A stretch of 33,874 bases of DNA, taken from contig JBJKQX010000165.1 of NCBI GenBank assembly GCA_046704965.1, positions 1-33,874 of the forward strand, in the 5' to 3' direction. The translations under genes were made by a program, and so were the position numbers. This stretch comes from Candidatus Binataceae bacterium. GTDB lineage: Bacteria; Desulfobacterota; Binatia; Binatales; Binataceae. Every line of letters starts with the position of its first letter. The first letter of the stretch is position 1. This document shows positions 25,979-33,874 of this stretch, one piece after another. The notes under the pieces were generated by a model, which saw only the letters and a program-made list of their open reading frames with translations, was not told the origin of the DNA and ran no database searches.

Positions 25979-27649
25979 ATGGGCGCCGTGAAAAAAATCC
26001 AGATCTACGACACGACATTGCGCGACGGCTGTCAGTCCGAAGACGTCTCGCTCACCGTCGAAGACAAGGTCCAGGTCGCGAGCAAGCTCGACGAGCTCGG
26101 AGTTGACTATATCGAGGGCGGATGGCCCGGCTCGAACGAGCGCGACGCGGCCTTCTTCCGCGAAATAAAGAAGGTGCGCCTAAAGCATGCGAAGGTCGCC
26201 GCTTTCGGCTCGACCCGACGCGCCAACGTCAAGGCCGCACAGGACAACAATCTCCAGTTGCTGCTCAAGGCGGACACTCCGGTTGCCACCGTGGTCGGCA
26301 AGACGTGGGATCTCCATGTGCGCGAAGCGCTCAGGATTTCGAGCGAGGCAAATCTCGAGATACTCCACGATAGTATCGCCTACCTGAAGAAGCGCGTGGA
26401 CGAGGTCATCTTCGACGCCGAGCATTTTTTCGACGGCTACTTCGCGAATCCGGAGTTCGCGCTTCAATGTCTGCGTGCCGTGGACGACGCCGGTGTGACT
26501 CTGATCGCGCTTTGTGACACCAATGGCGGGCGTCTGCCTCATGAGATCGAGGCAGCGGTGCGGATGGCGCTGGAGACCGTCAACTGCCCAATCGGAATTC
26601 ATTGTCACAACGATTCCGAAGTGGCCGTGGCGAACTCGATTGCGGCGGTGCGATGCGGGGCGACGCAGGTGCAGGGAACAGTGAACGGGATCGGCGAGCG
26701 CTGCGGCAACGCCAATCTGGTGTCGATAATTCCCGACCTTCAGCTCAAGCTGGGCTACCAGTGCGTGCCGGCTCAGAAGCTCAAGATGCTTCACGAGGTC
26801 TCGATGCTTGTGTCGGAACTGGCCAATATCACGCCCCATGCGCGCCAGCCCTACGTGGGCCGCAGCGCGTTCGCGCACAAGGCGGGACTTCACGTCTCCG
26901 GTATCCAGCGCAACGCGCGGACCTACGAGCATGTGGACCCGGCGCTGGTCGGAAACGATCGCCGCGTGCTGCTTTCCGAACTCTCCGGCCGCGCCAATAT
27001 TCTTTACAAGAGCAAGGAGTTCGGGCTCGAAATCGAATCGAGCAATGAGAAGATCGGTCATCTGCTCGACGAACTGAAGCGGCTCGAGAGCGAAGGCTAC
27101 TCGTTCGAAGGGGCCGACGCGTCGTTTGAACTGTTGATGCTGCGGACGCTCGGACTTGCGCGCGAGTATTTCAAGTTCGTGAGTTTTCGCGTGTTCGACG
27201 ACAAGTGGCACGAGGAGCATGCGCCGTTCAGCGAAGGCGTGGTGGTTATCGAAGGTCCCGACGGACGCCGCTCACGCACGTCCTCGAAGGGCAACGGTCC
27301 CGTCAACGCGCTGGACTCCGCGCTCAGGCAGGCGCTCCTTCCGTACTATCCGAACCTCGAGACGATGGAACTTGCGGACTACAAGGTGCGCGTGCTGGAC
27401 AACGGCAGGGGCACGGGCGCACGAGTCCGGGTGCTTATCGAATCGACGGATGGCAAACGCCGATGGAGCACGGTGGGCGTCTCGAACAACGTGGTTGAAG
27501 CGAGTTGGCAGGCGCTGGTTGACTCCGTCGAGTACAAGCTACACAAGGATAATGTGAAGCCTCGGAGCAAGGCTCCCGCCTCCAGAGGCACGCGCGTACG
27601 GACGGCACAGCGCGCCGCGCGCAAACAGTCCGCCGAATCCGGGGCGTAG
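25979..27649 (+). CDS. cimA: citramalate synthase (LeuA-family, CimA type)
   Basis: [27 protein letters not shown] is the CimA-type N-terminus. Also HCHND and a C-terminal LeuA-dimer regulatory domain (GNGPVNALD). CimA versus LeuA is not provable without a phylogeny. Confidence 0.8.
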   Translation: MGAVKKIQIYDTTLRDGCQSEDVSLTVEDKVQVASKLDELGVDYIEGGWPGSNERDAAFFREIKKVRLKHAKVAAFGSTRRANVKAAQDNNLQLLLKADTPVATVVGKTWDLHVREALRISSEANLEILHDSIAYLKKRVDEVIFDAEHFFDGYFANPEFALQCLRAVDDAGVTLIALCDTNGGRLPHEIEAAVRMALETVNCPIGIHCHNDSEVAVANSIAAVRCGATQVQGTVNGIGERCGNANLVSIIPDLQLKLGYQCVPAQKLKMLHEVSMLVSELANITPHARQPYVGRSAFAHKAGLHVSGIQRNARTYEHVDPALVGNDRRVLLSELSGRANILYKSKEFGLEIESSNEKIGHLLDELKRLESEGYSFEGADASFELLMLRTLGLAREYFKFVSFRVFDDKWHEEHAPFSEGVVVIEGPDGRRSRTSSKGNGPVNALDSALRQALLPYYPNLETMELADYKVRVLDNGRGTGARVRVLIESTDGKRRWSTVGVSNNVVEASWQALVDSVEYKLHKDNVKPRSKAPASRGTRVRTAQRAARKQSAESGA

Positions 27650-27680
27650 CCGTCCCGAACGGAGGGCGAAGGACGATCCG

Positions 27681-28400
27681 ATGGGTATTCTCGCCCGCAT
27701 GCGAGAGGACATCGAGGCGGTATTCGAGCACGACCCTGCCGCCCGAACTACCCTAGAGGTGGTCCTGACCTATCCCGGCCTGCACGCAATCTGGGCCCAT
27801 CGGGTCGCGCATTGGATGTGGCAGCATCACCTGAAGCTCCTGGGCCGAATTCTGAGCGAGCTTTGCCGATGGCTGACCGGAATAGAGATCCATCCCGGCG
27901 CGACCATCGGACGGCGGCTCTTCATCGACCATGGGATGGGCGTGGTGGTCGGCGAAACCTCCGAAATCGGCGACGATGTGCTCATCTATCAGGGCGTGAC
28001 GCTGGGTGGTACGAGTCTCAAGAAGGAAAAACGCCATCCGACGATCGAGGATCGCGTGATGATAAGCGCGGGAGCTTGCGTGATCGGTCCGGTCCGAATC
28101 GGGCAGGGAAGCAGAATCGGCGCCGGCGCTGTCGTGGTGTCGAATGCTCCCGCTTATTCGACCGTGGTCGGGATTCCCGGCAAGATCATTGAAGGCGAGA
28201 GCGCGCGTCAGGACGTTCTTGAACTTGAGCATCGCAAGCTTCCCGACCCGGTCGCTCGGGCGATGAATCAGCTCGTCGAGCGCATCAACCGAATGAACGT
28301 GCGGCTCGCAGAGATCGAAGAACGTCAGGATTGCCTCGAGGACAAGATCGCCCCTGTCGACGGGCAGGTCACCGATCATCCGGTCGACAAGGATAGCTGA
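27681..28400 (+). CDS. cysE: serine O-acetyltransferase
   Basis: [71 protein letters not shown], plus hexapeptide repeats. Confidence 0.9.
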   Translation: MGILARMREDIEAVFEHDPAARTTLEVVLTYPGLHAIWAHRVAHWMWQHHLKLLGRILSELCRWLTGIEIHPGATIGRRLFIDHGMGVVVGETSEIGDDVLIYQGVTLGGTSLKKEKRHPTIEDRVMISAGACVIGPVRIGQGSRIGAGAVVVSNAPAYSTVVGIPGKIIEGESARQDVLELEHRKLPDPVARAMNQLVERINRMNVRLAEIEERQDCLEDKIAPVDGQVTDHPVDKDS

Positions 28401-28532
28401 TCGCCCCCGGCCCCCGGCATCGCTTGCGTTTGCGCTATCCCAACCGCTGATAAGCCTTGATCTCTGCCCACTTTTGCACGTCGCAAACCTAAGCTAAGTT
28501 AATACTTCGCCGTTCAGCTCGTCGGACAAAGG

Positions 28533-29711
28533 ATGAGTATTTATCTGGACCATAACGCGGGTACTCCGGTCAGACCCGAGGTGCGCGACGCGATTGCCCG
28601 ATTCTTTCAGGATGAGAATGGCAATCCGTCCTCGGTGCATCGAAGCGGTCAGCGTGCCCGGCGCGCGCTTGAAAAGGCCCGCAAGTCCGTTGCTCGCCTG
28701 ATTGGTGCGCAGGCGAAGCAGATTGTCTTTACCAGCGGAGGAACCGAGTCGAATAACCTCGCCATCTTTGGCGCGGCCCGGGCGCATCCCCATCGCCGGC
28801 GGATAGTAACTTCGACCATCGAGCATTCCTCGGTTTTGGCGCCGCTTTCGGAGCTGGAATCAACCGGGTTCGAGGTGGTTCGTATCGCGCCCGACCATGA
28901 CGGGCAGATTCCGTCCGAGCGCGTCGTCGCCGCAATCGACCGGGAGACCGCGCTTGTAACCCTTGCGATGGCGAACGCTGAAGTCGGCACGCTTCAGGAG
29001 CTTGAACCCGTGGCGCGAGCCTCGCGCGAGGTGGGTGCGGCATTTCATGTCGACGCGGCGCAGGTGCCGGGTCGGGTGCGAGTCGACGTGGGCGAAGTCG
29101 GCTGCGACATGATGACGCTCAGCGGCCACAAGCTCGGTGCGCCGGCGGGAATCGGCGCGCTCTATGTCGGTAATCCATTAGTACTCACTCCCGTCACGCT
29201 TGGCGGGCCGCATGAAGCCGGGATGCGCGCCGGCACACAAAACCTGCTCGGCGCGGTTGCTATCGGCGTCGCGAGCGAAGTTGTTGCGTGCGAGTTCGAA
29301 CGCGAGTCAGCGCGGGAGGCTTTGCTTTCGGCCACGATGCTGTCGCTGCTGAGCGCTGCAATTCCGGGCCTCCGGCTGAACGGTCCGGTCGAAGGGCGCA
29401 TCGCGAATACCTTGAACCTGACGTTCCCGCGGGTTTCCGGCGAAAGCCTTCTTATCGCGCTCGACCTTGAGGGCGTTGAAGTCTCGATGGGATCGGCGTG
29501 CGCGGCGGGCTCGGTTGAACCGTCTCACGTATTGCTGGCGATGGGCCGAACGGTTGCCGAGGCGCGAAGCTCGCTCCGGTTAAGCCTGGGCTGGAATACC
29601 ACGGCCGAAGACGTCGAAAGAGCTTGCGAGATTATCGCGAGCGTATGGCGCCGCGTGGCCGAGTCCGAGCACGGCAGCGCGATACATAGCGGCGGAGAGA
29701 TGGCGCGATGA
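28533..29711 (+). CDS. cysteine desulfurase (NifS/IscS class I, YrvO-like)
   Basis: IYLDHNAGTP, FTSGGTESNN, PLP-Lys motif SGHKLGAPAGIGALYV, and catalytic Cys loop SMGSACAAG. Confidence 0.9.
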   Translation: MSIYLDHNAGTPVRPEVRDAIARFFQDENGNPSSVHRSGQRARRALEKARKSVARLIGAQAKQIVFTSGGTESNNLAIFGAARAHPHRRRIVTSTIEHSSVLAPLSELESTGFEVVRIAPDHDGQIPSERVVAAIDRETALVTLAMANAEVGTLQELEPVARASREVGAAFHVDAAQVPGRVRVDVGEVGCDMMTLSGHKLGAPAGIGALYVGNPLVLTPVTLGGPHEAGMRAGTQNLLGAVAIGVASEVVACEFERESAREALLSATMLSLLSAAIPGLRLNGPVEGRIANTLNLTFPRVSGESLLIALDLEGVEVSMGSACAAGSVEPSHVLLAMGRTVAEARSSLRLSLGWNTTAEDVERACEIIASVWRRVAESEHGSAIHSGGEMAR

Positions 29712-30802
29712 GTGCGCGCGTGCTGGTCGCGATGTCGGGCGGGGTCGACAGTTCCGTCGCCGCCGCAATTCTGCGCGAACGCGGCTATGACGTGGTGGGC
29801 GTGGCGATGAGGCTTGCGCCGGAGCCGCCGCGAGGATTTGCGAGCAGGCGCGGCACGTGTTGCTCGCACGACGATTTCGAAGACGCACGCCGCGTGGCCG
29901 TACTGATGGATTTTCCGTTCTACGTGGTCGACCTGCGCGAGGATGTTGCGGCACGGGTTATCAGGAACTTCGTCGATGAGTATCTCGACGGACGAACGCC
30001 CAACCCGTGCGTGATGTGTAATCGCGAAATAAAGTTCGATCGCCTATGGAGCCGGGCACGTGCTCTCGGCGTCGAGTTCGTCGCGACCGGCCATTACGCG
30101 AAAATCGAACGCGACAACGACGGCCGTTATCATCTTCGGCGCGCCGACGACTCCGGCAAGGATCAGACGTATTTCCTTATCACGCTCGGGCAGGAGGAGC
30201 TTTCAAGAACGCTTTTCCCGCTTGGAGAGATGACCAAGTCCGAGGTGCGCGAGCGCGCTCGTGAGCTTGGGCTGGACAATGCGGACAAGCCCGAAAGCCA
30301 GGAGATATGCTTCGTCGCGGACGGCGACTACGCCCGCTTCGTTGAGCGTGCGGCGCCACGCGGACGAGTTAGCCCCGGCGATGTCGTTGACCGCGGCGGC
30401 AACACGCTCGCGAGGCATGCCGGAGTGCATCGTTTCACCGTCGGTCAGCGCCGCGGACTCGGTGTCGCGGCGGGAGAGCCGCTTTACGTGCGTGAAATCA
30501 AGGCCGCAAGCGGGCAGGTCGTGGTGACAAGGCGCGAAGAGTTGGGATGCGCGGGTCTCGTCGCCAACCAGGTGAGTATGGTCGATCCGTCCCTTTGTGC
30601 CGTGGGCACGATAGAGGCCGAAGTGAAAATTCGCTACCGTCATCCGGCTGTGCCTGCAAAGCTCGCGTTTTCGGGCCCGAACCGGGCCGAGATACGTTTT
30701 CAGTCGCAAGGCCCCGCCGTTACGCCCGGGCAGGCATGCGTGTTCTATCGCGGCGACGAGGTATTAGGCGGCGGTTTCATTGAACGGGGGATCGAAGGAT
30801 AG
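29708..30802 (+). CDS. mnmA: tRNA-specific 2-thiouridylase
   Basis: PP-loop VAMSGGVDSSVAA, NPCVMCNREIKF, ATGHYA, and KDQTYFL motifs. ATGA overlap with the desulfurase gene. Confidence 0.95.
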   Translation: MSARVLVAMSGGVDSSVAAAILRERGYDVVGVAMRLAPEPPRGFASRRGTCCSHDDFEDARRVAVLMDFPFYVVDLREDVAARVIRNFVDEYLDGRTPNPCVMCNREIKFDRLWSRARALGVEFVATGHYAKIERDNDGRYHLRRADDSGKDQTYFLITLGQEELSRTLFPLGEMTKSEVRERARELGLDNADKPESQEICFVADGDYARFVERAAPRGRVSPGDVVDRGGNTLARHAGVHRFTVGQRRGLGVAAGEPLYVREIKAASGQVVVTRREELGCAGLVANQVSMVDPSLCAVGTIEAEVKIRYRHPAVPAKLAFSGPNRAEIRFQSQGPAVTPGQACVFYRGDEVLGGGFIERGIEG

Positions 30803-30807
30803 GCCCG

Positions 30808-32133
30808 ATGCGCTTCGCAATCACGACTCTTGGTTGCAAGGTCAACCAGTATGACTCGGCGATGATCGAGTCGCGCCTTGCCGCGCGCGGGCTTGAGCGA
30901 TGCGAATTCGACCAGGAGGCCGACGTTTACATCGTAAACACCTGCACCGTCACCGATCGGGCCGACGTGGAAAGCCTCAGGCTTGCCCGCCGTGCGCGCC
31001 GGCTAAATCCTGCCGCACGGGTCGTGATGACGGGATGCTTTGCGCAGGCCAATCCGGCGGCGCTTTCGAAAGCGAACGAGGTTGACGCGGTTGTAGGTCT
31101 CGCGCGGCCCGACGACCTTGAGCGCGCGGTGATGGGAATCTCCGACGAGCGGGTGATGGTTTCGAACCTGCGCAAGGAGCGGGGCGAGATCGAGCTAAGC
31201 GGCGTTGCGATGGCGGGGCAGACACGTGCTTTCCTGAAACTTCAGGAAGGATGCGATCAGTTCTGCAGCTTTTGCATCGTTCCGACTTCGCGAGGGACTT
31301 CACGCAGTGTCGAGCCCCGGCGTCTTTTCGACGCGCTGGACGAACTTCACGCTCGGGGATTCAAGGAAGTCATTCTGTCGGGTGTCCATCTGGGCGGATA
31401 CGGGCGCGACCTGGACCCACCCGTCGAGCTCGCGCATCTGCTTGAGATGGTCGCCGAGCGCTCACCGATCGGCCGAATAAGGATCAGTTCACTTGACCCC
31501 GAAGAGCTAAGCGACCGAATAATCGGTATAATAAGTTCAAGCGATACGTTTTGTCCTCATCTCCATCTGCCCCTTCAAGCCGGTGAGGATGGGGTTTTGA
31601 AGGCGATGCGGCGGCGGTACGATACGGCATTTTATCGGGGGAGAATCGAGCGGATACTTGAGGCGATGCCGGACGCGGCGATCGGAACCGATATTATTGT
31701 AGGGTTTCCCGGCGAAACTACCGAACAGTTCGAGCACTCGATTAGATTTGTGCAGAGCCTGCCGTTGGCGTATTTGCATGTTTTCCCCTACGCGGTGCGA
31801 GCCGGCACCACTGCTGCCAAAATGTCCGGCAAGGTGAATCCGGCTGAAATCAAGCGCCGCGCCGCGCTGATGAGGCAGGTCGGCGAGCGCAAACGCGCCG
31901 CTTTCATGTCGAGATTCATCGGCTCGCGACTTAAAGTATTACTTGAAGAACGAGAGGATGGCTGGGGAATTGGAGGTTACAGCCGCAACTACGTGCGGGT
32001 GTCCACACAAAGCCCCGCCGACTTGACCAACCAAGAAGTTGAGGTGGAGGCTGCGTTTGTCCAGGGAGCCCGGGTGGTTGGGGAAATTGTTTCGGTTCGG
32101 CGGCGGGAAACCGCCGGAGCCGAAGCCAGATGA
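30808..32133 (+). CDS. mtaB: tRNA ms2t6A37 methylthiotransferase MtaB (radical SAM)
   Basis: UPF0004 N-domain (TLGCKVNQYDS, VNTCTVT), radical-SAM cluster motif CDQFCSFC, and a C-terminal TRAM-like domain. MtaB versus MiaB is judged by the N-terminal pattern only. Confidence 0.8.
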   Translation: MRFAITTLGCKVNQYDSAMIESRLAARGLERCEFDQEADVYIVNTCTVTDRADVESLRLARRARRLNPAARVVMTGCFAQANPAALSKANEVDAVVGLARPDDLERAVMGISDERVMVSNLRKERGEIELSGVAMAGQTRAFLKLQEGCDQFCSFCIVPTSRGTSRSVEPRRLFDALDELHARGFKEVILSGVHLGGYGRDLDPPVELAHLLEMVAERSPIGRIRISSLDPEELSDRIIGIISSSDTFCPHLHLPLQAGEDGVLKAMRRRYDTAFYRGRIERILEAMPDAAIGTDIIVGFPGETTEQFEHSIRFVQSLPLAYLHVFPYAVRAGTTAAKMSGKVNPAEIKRRAALMRQVGERKRAAFMSRFIGSRLKVLLEEREDGWGIGGYSRNYVRVSTQSPADLTNQEVEVEAAFVQGARVVGEIVSVRRRETAGAEAR

Positions 32134-32833
32134 ATCCCCGCAAGCTGTAACAGCCGAACTTGAAGCCAAACTGGGATACAGGTTTGCCCGTCCCGAGCTT
32201 CTTCTGATCGCACTGACTCATCCGAGCGCGGCGGTGGGGAGCGATGCGCACTACGAGCGCCTTGAATTTCTGGGCGACGCGGTTCTGGACCTCGCAATCG
32301 CCGACATGCTGATGCGCCGGTTTCCGGAGGCCAAGGAAGGTCCGCTTTCCAAGCAGCGCGCCTCAATCGTCAATGGTCGAACGCTGGCGCTCAAGGCGCA
32401 ATCGATCGGCCTGGGCGACCTGCTCAAGCTCGGCAAAGGTGAAGACAAGAGCGGCGGGCGCGAGAAAGTTTCTATACTTGCCGCCGCCTTCGAAGCGGTA
32501 ATCGGCGCCATCTATACCGACGGTGGACTTGCGCCTGCGCAGACGGCGGTCGAAGGGCTTTTTGTCGACGATATCGGCGGGCCTGCGGCTGAGCGCGATT
32601 ACAAGACCGAGCTGCAGGAGGTTGCGTACCGCCGCTTCAGGGCGCAACCCGTTTACGAGCTGATTTCCGCGCGCGGTCCCGACCATGCCAAGCGCTTTAC
32701 GACGCGAATCAGGATTGCGGGACGCGAGCTCGGCACCGGCGAAGGCGGAAGCAAGAAACAGAGCGAGCAGGCGGCAGCGCGTACCGCACTGATGCGAATC
32801 GAGAGTGAAATACGTGAGCGAAGAAGTAGTTAG
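32039..32833 (+). CDS. rnc: ribonuclease III
   Basis: Signature ERLEFLGDAVL and a dsRBD (DYKTELQE..., GGSKKQSEQAAA). The frame offers only TTG starts (32039, 32057, 32078, 32087), so the gene overlaps mtaB by 47-95 nt. Confidence 0.9.
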   Translation: MRWRLRLSREPGWLGKLFRFGGGKPPEPKPDESPQAVTAELEAKLGYRFARPELLLIALTHPSAAVGSDAHYERLEFLGDAVLDLAIADMLMRRFPEAKEGPLSKQRASIVNGRTLALKAQSIGLGDLLKLGKGEDKSGGREKVSILAAAFEAVIGAIYTDGGLAPAQTAVEGLFVDDIGGPAAERDYKTELQEVAYRRFRAQPVYELISARGPDHAKRFTTRIRIAGRELGTGEGGSKKQSEQAAARTALMRIESEIRERRSS

Positions 32834-33713
32834 TCATCGCAGCGGCTTTGTCGCGATCGGTGGTCGCTCCAACGTTGGAAAGTCCACGCTTCTCAATCAA
32901 CTGGTTGGCCACAAGGTTGCGATCGTCAGCCCCAAGCCGCAGACCACGCGTCGGCGGCTGCTGGGAATCCGAAACGATCCGGACGCCCAGATTATTTTCA
33001 TCGACACCCCCGGCATCCACGAATCTCCGCGCCTGATTAACCAGCGCATGACCGAGACCGCGCGCCGCGGCCTCGCCGAGGGCGACGTCGTGATGGGTGT
33101 GGTGGAGGCCGGGCCGAAACTGGCCGCCCCGGACCGGGCTTTTCTGGACGAGATATCCGGCGCGAGACAGCCGAAGGTGCTGGTGATCAACAAAATCGAC
33201 GTGATTGGGCGGGCGCGGATACTCCCGATGCTGGAACAGTGCAGGGAAGCGCTCGGCGACGCCGAGATCGTCCCGGTGAGCGCGCTTACGGGCGAGAATG
33301 TCGAGGAATTGATACGGACGCTGAAGCCGATGCTGCCCGAGGGCCCCTCGCTCATGCCCGAGGACGAGTACACCGATCAGACCGAGCGCACGATGGCCGA
33401 GGAAATCATTCGCGAAAAGCTCTTCCTCATGGTCCACAAGGAAATTCCCTTCTCGACCTCGGTCAAGGTCGAACGATTCGTCGAAGAACCGGAGCGCAAA
33501 CTTATCAGCGTGGGCGCGATCATCGTGGTGGAGCGCGAGTCGCACAAGGCAATCGTTATTGGCGCCGGCGGACGAACCGTCAAGGAGATCGGTACTGCAG
33601 CCCGGCTCGAGCTTGAAGAAGTCGTGGGGTCGCACGTGTTCCTGGAACTTCATGTCAAGGTTGATCCGAACTGGACGCGAAGCCCGAACAAGCTTCAGGA
33701 GATGGGACTCTGA
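32805..33713 (+). CDS. era: GTPase Era
   Basis: G1 GRSNVGKST, G3 DTPG, G4 NKID, and a KH domain (VERESHKAIVIGAGGRTVKEIG). GTG start at 32805 or 32814, overlapping the rnc stop. Confidence 0.95.
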   Translation: MKYVSEEVVSHRSGFVAIGGRSNVGKSTLLNQLVGHKVAIVSPKPQTTRRRLLGIRNDPDAQIIFIDTPGIHESPRLINQRMTETARRGLAEGDVVMGVVEAGPKLAAPDRAFLDEISGARQPKVLVINKIDVIGRARILPMLEQCREALGDAEIVPVSALTGENVEELIRTLKPMLPEGPSLMPEDEYTDQTERTMAEEIIREKLFLMVHKEIPFSTSVKVERFVEEPERKLISVGAIIVVERESHKAIVIGAGGRTVKEIGTAARLELEEVVGSHVFLELHVKVDPNWTRSPNKLQEMGL

Positions 33714-33715
33714 AC

Positions 33716-33874
33716 GTGACGACGGGCGAAAAACGACAACCGCGCTCCGGTTCGGCCGCGATCGAGCCCGCGCTCGCCGAAGGGCTTTCGAGCGTAGTAC
33801 TGGTGGGCCGCGCCAACGCGGGCAAGTCGACGCTGTTCAACAGGATTGCCCGCGGTAGACGCGCTATCACTAGC
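33716..33874 (+). CDS. der: ribosome-associated GTPase Der (EngA), N-terminal fragment running off the window
   Basis: GTG at 33716. The frame stays open to the window end and reads ...VVLVGRANAGKSTLFNRIARGRRAITS, the Der G1 motif GRPNVGKSTLFNR. era-der adjacency is common. Confidence 0.75.
   Translation, partial: MTTGEKRQPRSGSAAIEPALAEGLSSVVLVGRANAGKSTLFNRIARGRRAITS

Noticed and set aside
26180-27220. 346-aa minus-strand ORF inside cimA
   Set aside because: It is antisense to a gene with clear LeuA/CimA motifs. No motifs of its own. It is a shadow ORF.
32709-33653. 314-aa minus-strand ORF opposite era
   Set aside because: It is antisense to era, which has the G1/G3/G4 and KH motifs. It is a shadow ORF. 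The same reasoning applies to 17445..18248 (opposite folP), 23268..24146 (opposite nnr/tsaE), 10959..11705 (opposite ccmB/ccmC) and 20520..21173 (opposite glmM).

Overview
GC-rich bacterial chromosomal segment. About 34 protein genes are tightly packed and all but one (pdxJ) lie on the + strand. Many junctions overlap by 1-4 nt (ATGA, TAATG, GTGA), which fits long co-directional operons. The organism is probably diderm, given LpxA and a System I cytochrome c maturation cluster. Content is overwhelmingly housekeeping: glgB, yacG, lpxA, an eight-gene ccm cluster, a cbpA/cbpM-like chaperone pair, tilS-ftsH-folP-cdaA-cdaR-glmM, pdxJ, nnr-tsaE, lysC-cimA, cysE-nifS-mnmA-mtaB, rnc-era-der. I found no rRNA/tRNA genes, CRISPR arrays, transposases, integrases or recognisable defence genes. 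The most unusual locus is the ccm cluster at 6.3-12.3 kb. Its gene order is ccmE-F-H'-I'-A-B-C-D. CcmE carries Cys in place of the canonical haem-binding His (CPSKY rather than HxxxY). The CcmH-like protein has a CxCxC...C...C motif instead of LRCxxC. A CcmI-N-terminal-like membrane protein is fused to a C-terminal zinc ribbon instead of TPR repeats. Other items worth checking: an in-frame TAA inside ftsH followed by about 64 more homologous codons; a 130-nt convergent overlap of the glmM and pdxJ ORF tails; a DnaJ-like protein with only two of four CxxCxGxG repeats; three uncharacterised ORFs; and a roughly 520-nt gene-free stretch. All family assignments come from motif and sequence recall, not database searches. 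I do not see a clear novel multi-gene system beyond the variant ccm cluster.
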